Part shown: in pieces, positions 10,327-20,141 of the stretch | Position numbering within the stretch: position 1 is the stretch's first letter | Layout: the number at the start of each line of letters is the position of its first letter | Virus record (IMG/VR): IMGVR_UViG_3300020460_000012 | Origin: a virus | Lineage: Duplodnaviria > Caudoviricetes | Length of the DNA stretch: 64,000 bases | Strand: one strand, 5' to 3' | Position numbers and translations under genes: made by a program | The notes under the pieces: generated by a model | Databases searched by the model: none | Told to the model about the DNA's origin: nothing | What the model saw: the letters and a program-made list of their open reading frames with translations, nothing else

Positions 10327-11795
10327 TGTATCATGCAATTATTTTTACAGGTTTAGATGTAGGCTCCAAAAACTATTTTAGGCCACTGGGTGCTTATCGA
10401 ATAAGAACAGAGTTAGAGTCAAAAGGCTACAAAGTAAAAGTAATTGACTATTTCCATAATCTTGAAGATGAACATATTGAAACTGCGTTAGACAAATATG
10501 TTGGAAAAGAAACATTATGGGTCGGTTTTAGCACAACATTTTTTAACACTTCAGAATTATTAGCAAAAAGATCACCTTTTTTTGAAAGGCTACGCAAAAA
10601 ATATAGTGTGCCTTTTGTAATGGGAGGCGCAAAAAGTATTGTTGAATATTTAGATTGGGCAGATATTTTTATTACTGGTTATGCTGATGATGCAACAGTA
10701 GCAGTCACTAATTATCTTGCCGACAAAGGTCCTACTCCTGTATGGAGAGATTATAAAGGAAAAAAGGTAATAGATAGCAATCATCAATACGATAAAAAAG
10801 ATTTGTCAAACATAGGTGTTGTATGGAAACCAGAAGATGGCATAGATTCACGTCAAGCGTTACCTATGGAGATAGCAAGGGGCTGTATCTTTAATTGTGC
10901 ATTTTGTAATTTTCCATTGAACAATAAAACTAAATTTGATTATGTTAGAGTCAAAGATGATATGCAAAATGAATTTATAAGGAATTATGAAAATTTTGGT
11001 ACTACTAGCTATTGGTTAATGGATGATACTTATAATGATAGTATGCAAAAGTTAGAACTAATGCATGATATAATTACATCTCTTCCTTTTAAGATAAAAT
11101 TTGACACATATGTTAAACCCGAACTTTTAGTAAGATGGCCAGATCAAATAGATTTATTAGTAGAAACTGGTTTGCGTGGTGCAAGCTTTGGTGTTGAAAG
11201 TCTAAATACCCGTGCAAGACAAGCAATACAAAAAGGTGCTAATGCAGATAAGGTCCTCGATGCAATTACAAGTATGAAACAAAAAAGTAACGGACAAGTA
11301 AAGGTACAATGTAACTTTATAGTAGGACTACCTTATGAAGATGAGAAAAGCATTTGGAAAACACACGAGACTGTAATTAACCATGATGCAATAGATTGGT
11401 GGAATTGGTATCCCTTACTAATACATTCAAAAGATCATCATGAATATCATTCCCCAATAGATAGAGATCCAGCAAAATATGGATATGAAGTAGCAAGCAC
11501 TCCTGTGTTAATTAAAAACACAGGCGCAGGAAAAACAAATGCTTGGAATACAATGTGGCGTAATGATTATATGAATTCTATGACAGCTGGTAAATTAGCA
11601 GGAAAACTAAGAAATATGGATCAGCCATTATTAAAAATAGGCGGCTGGAGTTGTGGAAGCTACGAGAGTTTAGGTGTTGATGTAGACAAACATTATGAGA
11701 CATTTGACGGCATGGAAAAAGATTTACCTATCGACAGTATGTTACAAAATAAGAAAAAAATAATAGATGATTATATTCAAAAAGAAATAGTATAG
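10326..11795 (+). CDS. B12-binding-domain (class B-like) radical SAM protein
   Basis: 'RPLGAYRI..L...GYKVKVIDY', 'VMGGA', 'IARGCIFNCAFC', 'FGVES'. Confidence 0.8.
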   Translation: MYHAIIFTGLDVGSKNYFRPLGAYRIRTELESKGYKVKVIDYFHNLEDEHIETALDKYVGKETLWVGFSTTFFNTSELLAKRSPFFERLRKKYSVPFVMGGAKSIVEYLDWADIFITGYADDATVAVTNYLADKGPTPVWRDYKGKKVIDSNHQYDKKDLSNIGVVWKPEDGIDSRQALPMEIARGCIFNCAFCNFPLNNKTKFDYVRVKDDMQNEFIRNYENFGTTSYWLMDDTYNDSMQKLELMHDIITSLPFKIKFDTYVKPELLVRWPDQIDLLVETGLRGASFGVESLNTRARQAIQKGANADKVLDAITSMKQKSNGQVKVQCNFIVGLPYEDEKSIWKTHETVINHDAIDWWNWYPLLIHSKDHHEYHSPIDRDPAKYGYEVASTPVLIKNTGAGKTNAWNTMWRNDYMNSMTAGKLAGKLRNMDQPLLKIGGWSCGSYESLGVDVDKHYETFDGMEKDLPIDSMLQNKKKIIDDYIQKEIV

Positions 11796-12370
11796 TCTTT
11801 ATATTTTTCCAAACTTCTTTTTAATATTTCTTGATGTTTTTCTTTGTTTAATTTGCCTAATATAGTCATAATAATTTTTCTATCTGGTGATTTAGGCAAA
11901 TCTGCCGCATGTAGTGCATCATAATTGTTTATAGCAAACCATTTTGTCAAATGATTAGGATGATTTATATATATCTTATCTTCAACATCTCTTTTTTCTT
12001 GAAAGTACATTAATGGTTTATCGTATACCATAAAAGCTTTGTATGAACCAGGTTCATCTTCTTTGTCAGGCCTTGATCCTACGTCTTGATGTAACTGACA
12101 AGGTATTTTTTGTTCTAAAAAATTTACATATACAACATCATTATATGGTAAGTGGTTATACAATATATCTTGAAAGTTAGGGATCACTTTTAAAAATCTA
12201 TTACACCATCCGTAATCTTTATGAAAAGCAAAACTTACAAGCCAAGGAGCAATAAAGTCTTTTGTTGAATATGCAATATTGTCTTGATTACGTTTCCTTT
12301 TTGATTCGTGCCATTTGATAAACTCATCACGATCAACTTTCATCTCTGGTAGGTCTATAGGAGTATACAT
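11777..12370 (-). CDS. 2OG-Fe(II) oxygenase-like protein
   Basis: 'QLHQDV' and 'DALHAA'. Confidence 0.5.
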   Translation of the reverse strand: MYTPIDLPEMKVDRDEFIKWHESKRKRNQDNIAYSTKDFIAPWLVSFAFHKDYGWCNRFLKVIPNFQDILYNHLPYNDVVYVNFLEQKIPCQLHQDVGSRPDKEDEPGSYKAFMVYDKPLMYFQEKRDVEDKIYINHPNHLTKWFAINNYDALHAADLPKSPDRKIIMTILGKLNKEKHQEILKRSLEKYKDYTISF

Positions 12371-13077
12371 TAATACCATATTTGATACTCCTTGTGTTTT
12401 TTTGTACTAGCTTCTAATAACGAAAATAGTCTATCTTTATCGTAATCACCTATTATTGCACATGTAATTCTACTTCCTGTTGGTGTAGGATTTTCATCAA
12501 TACCGTGCCATGCCCTATAACTATTTAACATCCAAGCACAACGGTCTTTGGGAAATTTTGCGTATATTTTTTCATCTTTACAAAAATCTAAATGATTTCG
12601 TCTTTCTTTAAGTGGATTACCTTCAGGATCTTCCATAGTACGTATCCTATGGTTATGAGGCTCTTTCATTCTACTAAAGTAAAGTGCTTCTTTAGTTTTA
12701 TTTTTTAAATAAAATCTCATACCCCAAAAGTCATCTGGATCACTATGAGGTTCAACTTTAGATCCTCCGATTTGATTTAAAAAACTTATGCTTTTCATTT
12801 GTGTAAAAGGAAATAAATTTAAATAGTCGACAAGTTCAGGAAAGCGTTTATCAAAATTACAAATCCATGGTTCTTCTGATTCATATGTATTCCACCATTT
12901 CGCCCAACTAATATGCCAGCAATAGCCTCCGTATAAATTTGTGCTATTAACTTTGTTTTGATTATGTTTTAGCATGTATGATTTTTGATCACTATGCCAA
13001 GATATAAATTCGTCCATATCAATTTCTGGAGGATCAGGAAGATCTAAGGGCGAAAATATTAAATTTTTCCAATCCAT
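12370..13077 (-). CDS. 2OG-Fe(II) oxygenase-like protein (paralog of the neighbour)
   Basis: 'EPHSDP' and 'AWHGI'; N-terminus similar to the 11777 ORF. Confidence 0.5.
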   Translation of the reverse strand: MDWKNLIFSPLDLPDPPEIDMDEFISWHSDQKSYMLKHNQNKVNSTNLYGGYCWHISWAKWWNTYESEEPWICNFDKRFPELVDYLNLFPFTQMKSISFLNQIGGSKVEPHSDPDDFWGMRFYLKNKTKEALYFSRMKEPHNHRIRTMEDPEGNPLKERRNHLDFCKDEKIYAKFPKDRCAWMLNSYRAWHGIDENPTPTGSRITCAIIGDYDKDRLFSLLEASTKKHKEYQIWY

Positions 13078-13752
13078 TTATTTCTTTCTGCCAAATACTC
13101 TAATCTGCACTCTAGGCGAAAAAATTTCTGTGGTACAATGTGGCATACTATCATCAAAGTGCCAACATTTATATTTTGATTCATCAACTTCGTGCATCTC
13201 TTTTCCTACTCTGTATTGCAAATGACCGCCACCATCAGAAACATTTAGTGTTATAGCAACACCACCGTTCCTAAAATATAATAAATTATCTCTGTATCTA
13301 GCATCTGCATGCACTATACCTTTACTAGGTGGAGTTTGACCTACAAGTCTAACACAACTTACATATTTAAGATTAAACTTGTTTACAATTTCTATTAGAC
13401 TTTGTGGTGTATCTTCTTTCCATTTCCATGCAGTATCATACACATGCCAAATAGGACTTCTACCTCTAAATGTATCTAAATAACAAGTATTCTCTGTTTC
13501 AGGAATGCCGGGGATATGTGTAAAGTTATAGTTTACAAATGTTTTATATTTGTTTTCTACTAGATTACGGTTTTCATCGTAATGAGTGACATCATCGTAC
13601 TGTTCAAAGTAACCATCTTTATCATAATTACTACGTCCGTCAGTGTAAATAACAGTAGCGAGAAAGCTTTTATCAAACATATTTGTTGACATTAAGTCCG
13701 CATAAAGACTTTGCTGATCAAAGTCAACATCTATAGGTACAAAAGCATTCAT
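13078..13752 (-). CDS. 2OG-Fe(II) oxygenase-like protein
   Basis: 'IVHADA', 'FDDSMPHC', 'RVQIRVFG'. Confidence 0.5.
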   Translation of the reverse strand: MNAFVPIDVDFDQQSLYADLMSTNMFDKSFLATVIYTDGRSNYDKDGYFEQYDDVTHYDENRNLVENKYKTFVNYNFTHIPGIPETENTCYLDTFRGRSPIWHVYDTAWKWKEDTPQSLIEIVNKFNLKYVSCVRLVGQTPPSKGIVHADARYRDNLLYFRNGGVAITLNVSDGGGHLQYRVGKEMHEVDESKYKCWHFDDSMPHCTTEIFSPRVQIRVFGRKK

Positions 13753-13776
13753 ATAAGTATTTATTTAGGGGTATTG

Positions 13777-14658
13777 ATGGTACAAACATTTCCGATATCA
13801 GCTTTAACACATAATAATTATTTTACTACGTCTGGTCACGGTTCAAGATGGAAAGTAAAATTGAAATCAGGTGACAGGTTTCCAGATAATTATTACAAGG
13901 AAAGTATTAGAGCCGCTCGGCTACTAGACTCTTCAATTGACGCACCTTTGGTATTATTGTTCAGTGGTGGTTTAGATAGTGAATATATGGTGAATGTTTT
14001 TATTAAATCGGGTGTAGAATTTAAAGTAGCAATTATAAGTTACGGAGATTATAATAAACATGATAACAAGTATGCCTTTGAATTTTGCAAAAAGCGTAAC
14101 ATAGAGCCTATTGTTATTGATGTCGATATAGAGAAATTTATTACTAGTGGCAGAATAATTGAAATAGCAAATGAAGCCAAATGTTGTGCTTATCAGATTC
14201 CTAGTATTATGGAAGGTATACTTAAAGTAGATGGTGCTGTAATAATGGCAAACGGAGAACCTTATGTAAAAAACTTTGATGGTGATTGGCGATGGGAAGA
14301 AACTGAAAGAGTCAATAGTTATATGAATTGGTACAAACAAAAAAATATTCTTGGTACACCGGATTTTTTAAGATATACTCCTCAAATGACAGCAGGTTTT
14401 TTGTTAGAACCTAGGGTAATGAAATTAGTGAACAATGAATTACCTGGAAAATTAAGCACTAGAACTAGTAAACATATAATATACAGTCAAAACTTTGACC
14501 TTGCAAAAAGATCAAAATTTACAGGCTGGGAAAAATTAGAACAAACTGATTTTATGAATAACGAAGTATTCCGTGAATTTGATTTATTAAAGAAAAAGTA
14601 TGACGGGGTTTTCGAAATGCAATACCAAGCTTTACTTGATATACTTTTACCTACATAA
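13777..14658 (+). CDS. PP-loop (adenine nucleotide alpha-hydrolase / asparagine synthetase C-terminal-like) protein
   Basis: 'LLFSGGLDSE' PP-loop; probable start ATG 13777. Confidence 0.6.
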   Translation: MVQTFPISALTHNNYFTTSGHGSRWKVKLKSGDRFPDNYYKESIRAARLLDSSIDAPLVLLFSGGLDSEYMVNVFIKSGVEFKVAIISYGDYNKHDNKYAFEFCKKRNIEPIVIDVDIEKFITSGRIIEIANEAKCCAYQIPSIMEGILKVDGAVIMANGEPYVKNFDGDWRWEETERVNSYMNWYKQKNILGTPDFLRYTPQMTAGFLLEPRVMKLVNNELPGKLSTRTSKHIIYSQNFDLAKRSKFTGWEKLEQTDFMNNEVFREFDLLKKKYDGVFEMQYQALLDILLPT

Positions 14659-15067
14659 AACCGTCACCATCAGCGCCTCTTTGAGCTACGCCTTCTGGAT
14701 CTAATTCATCTTTCCTAGGGTGTTGTATACGAGTCTCTTGTCTTTCTGCCGCAAATTCTGCAAATTCATCAAAACTCATATCTTCTACTGTGGTTTCAAT
14801 AAAACCTGTACCTGATTCAAGGTATGCTCTATGAGGAGCCATCTTTGTTACAGCTTCGTCAGAATCTAAAATGAATACACAATGAATATTATCGCCATTA
14901 TGTTCATAGTTTCTAAACCATATATCACCTTCGTCGGTCATAGTTTTCAATCCATTAAACATAGTTTCAAATTTAGCTTTATCATTGTCTAGTTCATCAA
15001 TCATTTCAGTGACAAATTGGGTAATGCGTCTACCGTTGTGAGGAAATTTCAATGTAACTTTCTTCAT
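14651..15067 (-). CDS. Hypothetical acidic protein, late-expressed
   Basis: ORF with AGGAG SD and GATAAATA at 15087-15094. Confidence 0.6.
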   Translation of the reverse strand: MKKVTLKFPHNGRRITQFVTEMIDELDNDKAKFETMFNGLKTMTDEGDIWFRNYEHNGDNIHCVFILDSDEAVTKMAPHRAYLESGTGFIETTVEDMSFDEFAEFAAERQETRIQHPRKDELDPEGVAQRGADGDGFM

Positions 15068-15141
15068 GTTGACTCCTTATTACTAGTATTTATCATTTAT
15101 CACAATAGCTTTATGCTATACAGATACCGGTTAAATACCAT

Positions 15142-15702
15142 ATGCAGTATTTTATTCTTAACAATCTTATTTATGACACAAATTTACTAAAACAAAACAT
15201 TAAGAATATACAAAATTGGGAGTACTATGGGTCAGGCAGAACTAGATTAGGTGTTGTGCTTTCTGACAAAGATACAATAAAGCATATAGCTTCCAAATTC
15301 AATAAACCTAAAGATATAATTTATAAAATAGAATCAAACTGTATACATCCATACGAAAGAGTGTTACCTCATACTGATCACGATAGAAGAGTAACATGTA
15401 ATATTCCAGTAAGTGGTGATTTTGATAATAGCTTTGTTAAGTTTTATGCTAATAATACTACTGGATCTGCAATACCTGTTGCACCCAACACTACAAAACC
15501 TAACACTGCAAAGAGATATGATAATGCAGAAATGTTAGGAAAAGTTAGTTACACAAAACCTATTTGTTTTGATACGCAAAATATACATGGTGTAGATAAT
15601 CTAACAAAAGAAATACGTTATATTATTACTATATCATTTCGGCTAGATCTAAGCTATGAAAATATATTAAATATGTACAACAATGGAGATCTGCTTAAAT
15701 GA
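15142..15702 (+). CDS. 2OG-Fe(II) oxygenase-like protein
   Basis: 'LPHTDH', 'FDTQNIHGV', 'RYIITISF'. Confidence 0.55.
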   Translation: MQYFILNNLIYDTNLLKQNIKNIQNWEYYGSGRTRLGVVLSDKDTIKHIASKFNKPKDIIYKIESNCIHPYERVLPHTDHDRRVTCNIPVSGDFDNSFVKFYANNTTGSAIPVAPNTTKPNTAKRYDNAEMLGKVSYTKPICFDTQNIHGVDNLTKEIRYIITISFRLDLSYENILNMYNNGDLLK

Positions 15703-16391
15703 TTCAAGGATATGAAATAATCAAAAATTGCTTTGATCCTGTTGATCTTGCAAAGTGTAGTCAAGATCTTCTTGATAGGAAAGAAGATTCGTATATCTAT
15801 GAACATGATGGTAGTATAAGGAGTGTGTTTGCACCACATTGGTATAATAAAAATGTTGAAAAGTTTGTGTATAATAATCCTGCAATTCCTCGTATAAAAG
15901 AATTAATAGCAGATGAAATATATGTGCATCAAGTACATTTTAATTACAAATTAGCAGGTGTAGGCGGAGAATATGCATGGCATAGCGATTATACATTTTG
16001 GCATTACTATGATGGCATGCCCAATCCAAACGCTATAAGTGCCCTGTATCTTTTGGACGACATGACAGATGAAAATGGACCATTAGAAGTAAAGATTAAT
16101 AGTCATAAAGGACCAGTCCAAAAACCTCCAAAAGGGGAGTGGACTATAAAGCATGACAGTAAGGAACTACCTATAAAAACACCGTCTAAGACTGCATATA
16201 AGCGTCATACAGTGCTTGGCAAAGCTGGTGATGTAGTTTTGATGCATGCTAATTTACTACACGCTAGCAAGGCAAATAAGAGCCATAAAAACCGAAAAGT
16301 GCTATTTATATGCTATAATTCGCTAAAAAACGCCACGACAGAGGCGTTAAGACCTGGTTATATTACCCTAAAAAATTTTAAGACTGTTTAG
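15699..16391 (+). CDS. PhyH-family dioxygenase, ectoine/proline hydroxylase-like
   Basis: 'YAWHSDYTFWHYYDGMP' resembles the EctD signature; 'GDVVLMHANLLHAS..N'. Confidence 0.8.
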   Translation: MIQGYEIIKNCFDPVDLAKCSQDLLDRKEDSYIYEHDGSIRSVFAPHWYNKNVEKFVYNNPAIPRIKELIADEIYVHQVHFNYKLAGVGGEYAWHSDYTFWHYYDGMPNPNAISALYLLDDMTDENGPLEVKINSHKGPVQKPPKGEWTIKHDSKELPIKTPSKTAYKRHTVLGKAGDVVLMHANLLHASKANKSHKNRKVLFICYNSLKNATTEALRPGYITLKNFKTV

Positions 16392-17514
16392 TAATGTTGA
16401 TGTGTGTTAGTACGTTTTCGTACTTTATCTCGGCATTTAAGAGCCTTTTATCAGTGGTGATTGCATAGCCATTTAAGCCTACAAGTAAGTCCAAACGCCT
16501 TAAGTATTGTTGTTGATTTGGTAGTTTGAGCTCATCATATTCTACTCCAGGACGCATAGATACTTTATATTTTCCTTTTCCTAAGTTAAAATATCTAAAT
16601 ACCACTGCTTTATCAAGCTTAATTTTTTCTTTTGTCTTATGTACAATACTATCCATTAATATTCTATTATAATTACAATTGGCAGAATATTTTATTATAG
16701 TTTGTCCACTTGTACTTAATCTTGGACTAAAGTCTACAAGATATGGAACATTATCACGGACTACAAAATCAGCCATAAAAGGACCATTATTATAGTCTAA
16801 GCTTTCGCACATAATCTTGCAATAATTTCCTATATCACACTGTACAGACGTATCTACTTTGCTAGGCCAAGTAAACCCTGTTTCAGCTCTAAACGGAAGA
16901 TCACTAATTTCTATGTCATATATACAGTCTAAAATATATTCTCCATCTACTATTCTGCCTGATACACTTACAGTTGGCCCTTCAATAAACTCTTGGTATA
17001 TGTAATGGGAGTTTAGATCATTATAATGTATATCATCCAAAAAGTATCTATATTCACTCCAATTGTTTAACACTTTGATACCGATCCCGCCAGTGCCGTT
17101 AGCAGGTTTTGCTACCACAGGAAATTGTCTTCTTAGTTTTAAATGGGTTATTGGTACAGGTATACCAATATTATATGCATGGTTAGTATAATTTTCTTTA
17201 CTACTTAATATATCACATTGCTGTTTGTTAATACCTACTAGATCATGAATATATGGCAACATCATATCATTATACAAAGGAAAAATATAATCAATTTTGT
17301 GTGTAGATATAATTTCTCTAAGTTGATTTGCAAGTTCCTTTCTATCATCGGTGCTAATAATAAAATTAGGAATTTTATCTGGTACAGTAGGTAGTAGTTT
17401 GTCTAAAAAATCACTTACATGTGTCTGCCATGTATATAACTTATAATTGTTTAGTTCTTGTGTAGTGTATCTTAAATTATCACTTTGATAGTTTATAATT
17501 ACTTTAGGAGCCAT
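16378..17514 (-). CDS. ATP-grasp (L-amino-acid ligase-like) enzyme
   Basis: 'VVAKPANGTGGIGI', 'QEFIEG', 'VDFSPRL'. Confidence 0.8.
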   Translation of the reverse strand: MAPKVIINYQSDNLRYTTQELNNYKLYTWQTHVSDFLDKLLPTVPDKIPNFIISTDDRKELANQLREIISTHKIDYIFPLYNDMMLPYIHDLVGINKQQCDILSSKENYTNHAYNIGIPVPITHLKLRRQFPVVAKPANGTGGIGIKVLNNWSEYRYFLDDIHYNDLNSHYIYQEFIEGPTVSVSGRIVDGEYILDCIYDIEISDLPFRAETGFTWPSKVDTSVQCDIGNYCKIMCESLDYNNGPFMADFVVRDNVPYLVDFSPRLSTSGQTIIKYSANCNYNRILMDSIVHKTKEKIKLDKAVVFRYFNLGKGKYKVSMRPGVEYDELKLPNQQQYLRRLDLLVGLNGYAITTDKRLLNAEIKYENVLTHINITKQS

Positions 17515-18115
17515 ATGTAACCTTATCCCTCATAAATGTGTTCATATAGTGAAATTTCATACTAACAAATCTTATTGTTACATCATACGGTAAAGGCTTA
17601 CCTCCTAAGCAATGATCATACAATTTGTTTCCAGTCATATGTCCTGCTTTTACATATGCGGCATCTGTAATATTATATTTTTCATCGTACAATTTACCCA
17701 TCTTATCACCAAACTTTGATACATTTTGTCCTTGTAGTTGATTGCTTCCTTTTTTACTTACATTGTCTATGTCAAATTTTCTAATCCAAAAAGCACCCCA
17801 CTTTCCTCTTTCTTCACAATCGTCTATTTGGAACTTTACAAGTTTCGATATATTTTTTATATTAGTAAAATGACTTTGATCCCGTCTTGCTAGCAAAGTA
17901 TCAGTAGTAGTCCAAGGCATATTAGGCAAGTTGTTGTTTGCAATTACTGCTTGTATTTCATCGTCATGTATAGATGCATATACATTTCTATCATCTGCAA
18001 TGTATTTTACATTTTGCCATTGTGGATCTTTTTGCAGTGAGTGTAATTCAATTTGCGTATTAATAAATTTATAAAACATTTCTTTATGTTCGAAAGTTAG
18101 TTTAACACACTTCAT
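17504..18115 (-). CDS. Hypothetical protein in the panD operon (possibly GNAT-like)
   Basis: Overlaps both neighbours; no decisive motif. Confidence 0.5.
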   Translation of the reverse strand: MKCVKLTFEHKEMFYKFINTQIELHSLQKDPQWQNVKYIADDRNVYASIHDDEIQAVIANNNLPNMPWTTTDTLLARRDQSHFTNIKNISKLVKFQIDDCEERGKWGAFWIRKFDIDNVSKKGSNQLQGQNVSKFGDKMGKLYDEKYNITDAAYVKAGHMTGNKLYDHCLGGKPLPYDVTIRFVSMKFHYMNTFMRDKVTYGS

Positions 18116-19050
18116 TAGTATCCGCCTTCATTTCTTAATACATGTTCGAAGAAAGGAGCTACAGTCCAATTTTCAGTTAATCTACCCCTATTAGGATTAT
18201 CATGGTCAACAACACCGTCGTCATTTACAGACCAATCTACTAATCGAATTAAGATAGTACCTATTCTTGTTTTATATTCAAACATTCTACTAGTCATTCT
18301 ATCGCCATCTTGCGGACCTGCTTTAACTACTCCACTACTTGTTTCAAAAATATTTTCTTTTTTTACTCCTAGTTCTTTTACAGCTAAGTCCATTAGTTCT
18401 TCCATTGAATAACTACTATCTTGCATATGTCTACCAATAAGTCCTACACTTTTCATACGAAGCACAGGTGTTATTCTATTATAAGGAGCAGTAGTATTAA
18501 AATTTATTCCACTTTTTTCTGCAAGATCAGTGAAAACTTCTACTTGTCTACGCATTGTCCTTTCATTTACACCTTTTGCAATAATTGTTCCTGTATTCAC
18601 AGGTAATCTAGCATCGAAAATATTTTTTAAAGCTCTTACTTTTGCAGTCGCCCATTTACCTTCATCTAGTATTTTATAAACTTCGTCGTCGTCTGCACCA
18701 TTCATTGAATGTAATAATAAACGCAATCCAGCATCTTTTAATTTTTGAACATATTCTGGTCTTGCTAGTTTCAGTCCATTAGTTGTTACACTAGGTCTGT
18801 GACCGTATTTTTTAACTGCGGTAATTATTTCTGGTAGATCTTCACGCATAGTAGGTTCTGCTCCGATAATACGTATGTAAGATCTAAAAGGTAATCGCTG
18901 TAAAAAATCAAATAGTTTATGTTTGTCTAAATCAGGTATATTCCGATTAGGAATATAACAGTTAGCACATTCCATTTGACATTTATGTGTAATATCAACT
19001 ACAATATTAGAAAAGGTATTGTTTTCTGGTTGAAGTTCGAAATACTTCAT
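18115..19050 (-). CDS. Radical SAM protein (MoaA-like core)
   Basis: 'CQMECANC', 'IIGAEPT', 'VTTNG'; probable start ATG 19050. Confidence 0.8.
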   Translation of the reverse strand: MKYFELQPENNTFSNIVVDITHKCQMECANCYIPNRNIPDLDKHKLFDFLQRLPFRSYIRIIGAEPTMREDLPEIITAVKKYGHRPSVTTNGLKLARPEYVQKLKDAGLRLLLHSMNGADDDEVYKILDEGKWATAKVRALKNIFDARLPVNTGTIIAKGVNERTMRRQVEVFTDLAEKSGINFNTTAPYNRITPVLRMKSVGLIGRHMQDSSYSMEELMDLAVKELGVKKENIFETSSGVVKAGPQDGDRMTSRMFEYKTRIGTILIRLVDWSVNDDGVVDHDNPNRGRLTENWTVAPFFEHVLRNEGGY

Positions 19051-19051
19051 A

Positions 19052-19750
19052 CTAGATCCAGAACTGCACTCGCCACAGTGTTCTCGATCCAGTAAAAGCA
19101 TGGCGTCTATGCATTACTCTTATATTATCGTAAATAAGGATATCATTTGGTTCCCATTGATGTTCATATATATTCTTCTCACAATGTGTAATTAAATGAC
19201 TTACATCTATATCAGTTTGTAGTGAACCAGGACTAAAGTATAAAACTTTATCTCCAGTGATATGATGTGTATGTGCAAATTTTCTTGTTTGCTTGCGTTT
19301 TTCTAGTATTCTTTTTTGTTGTTCAGTAAAACAATAGTTGTATGCATCTGGAGGAAAATAAGTACCTTCTTGATCTTCTAATTCTTGTTTGTTAGGATAA
19401 GTTTGGTATGCATCTTTCATATCTACAAAATCTGTAGTGCTTTTTTCTCCGTTTAATTTATTGTAGAGCATTGTACCAAAATAATTTCCTCTACCATAAC
19501 TCCAATCATTATGCCATTCTACATCTCCGTCTATAAAAAGATCTGTCTCACTAACAATTTGTATGGTGTTATTTTTATTTAAAACATGATTTTTTGTATG
19601 AACTAGTTTACCTAAACGTGTTGACATTTGTTCATAGTCGGCAACACTTAGAGATCGATTGCCTTTGAACACAATTAATCCGTATTTTAATAACTCTTCT
19701 TGTAAATTTAGTTTATCGAAGGCGGTGATGTCATATACTTTTGGGGTCAA
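19052..19750 (-). CDS. TauD/TfdA-family 2OG dioxygenase
   Basis: 'EWHNDWSY', 'TTDFVDMKDAY', 'WEPNDILIYDNIRVMHRR'; probable TTG start at 19750. Confidence 0.85.
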   Translation of the reverse strand: MTPKVYDITAFDKLNLQEELLKYGLIVFKGNRSLSVADYEQMSTRLGKLVHTKNHVLNKNNTIQIVSETDLFIDGDVEWHNDWSYGRGNYFGTMLYNKLNGEKSTTDFVDMKDAYQTYPNKQELEDQEGTYFPPDAYNYCFTEQQKRILEKRKQTRKFAHTHHITGDKVLYFSPGSLQTDIDVSHLITHCEKNIYEHQWEPNDILIYDNIRVMHRRHAFTGSRTLWRVQFWI

Positions 19751-19760
19751 GCTTTTAATC

Positions 19761-20102
19761 CTAATAAGTCGTTTTTTTACTAATTTTATTATACTTATCA
19801 GTGTGTATAACTGTAGCACCTTCAAAGTGAGGTGTTGTAGTATATGAAAGAATGACGCAAGGGTCACCTATTTCGCCTAATCTAGCACCCCCGCCATTTA
19901 ATTCGAATACTCCTTGGTCCCCTTTAATTACATAGGTACTCCATCGGTTGCCTGTGTTAAGATTAACTACATCAACTTTTTGATATTGATCTATATTAGC
20001 TTCATCTAAAAGAACACTACAGATAGTAACACTACCATCATAGTGCAATGATTTATCAGTAACTATTATATTTTGGATTTTGGATTGGATATATTCTTTC
20101 AT
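19761..20102 (-). CDS. panD: Pyruvoyl-dependent aspartate 1-decarboxylase
   Basis: 'SKI..IIVT..SLHYDGSVTI' (Gly-Ser autocleavage site), 'NTGNRWSTYVI', 'LNGGGARL...GD'. Confidence 0.9.
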   Translation of the reverse strand: MKEYIQSKIQNIIVTDKSLHYDGSVTICSVLLDEANIDQYQKVDVVNLNTGNRWSTYVIKGDQGVFELNGGGARLGEIGDPCVILSYTTTPHFEGATVIHTDKYNKISKKTTY

Positions 20103-20108
20103 AGTACT

Positions 20109-20137
20109 ATTGTACTACAAAGTATACAATATGTCAA
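20109..20137 (-). promoter_or_regulatory. sigma70 promoter TTGACA-17-TACAAT, 6 nt before the panD ATG (likely leaderless)
   Basis: tgtcaa 20132-20137; attgta 20109-20114. Confidence 0.75.
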
Positions 20138-20141
20138 TCAA

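Noticed and set aside
13777-14658. SGGLDS protein as QueC completing a preQ0 pathway
   Set aside because: It lacks the C-terminal Zn-binding cysteine cluster of QueC and lies 17 kb from the que genes; kept only as a generic PP-loop enzyme.
5065-19050. Island radical SAMs as PqqE acting on the phage PqqA
   Set aside because: They lack PqqE's C-terminal SPASM architecture, no PqqD is seen, and they are more than 40 kb from pqqA.
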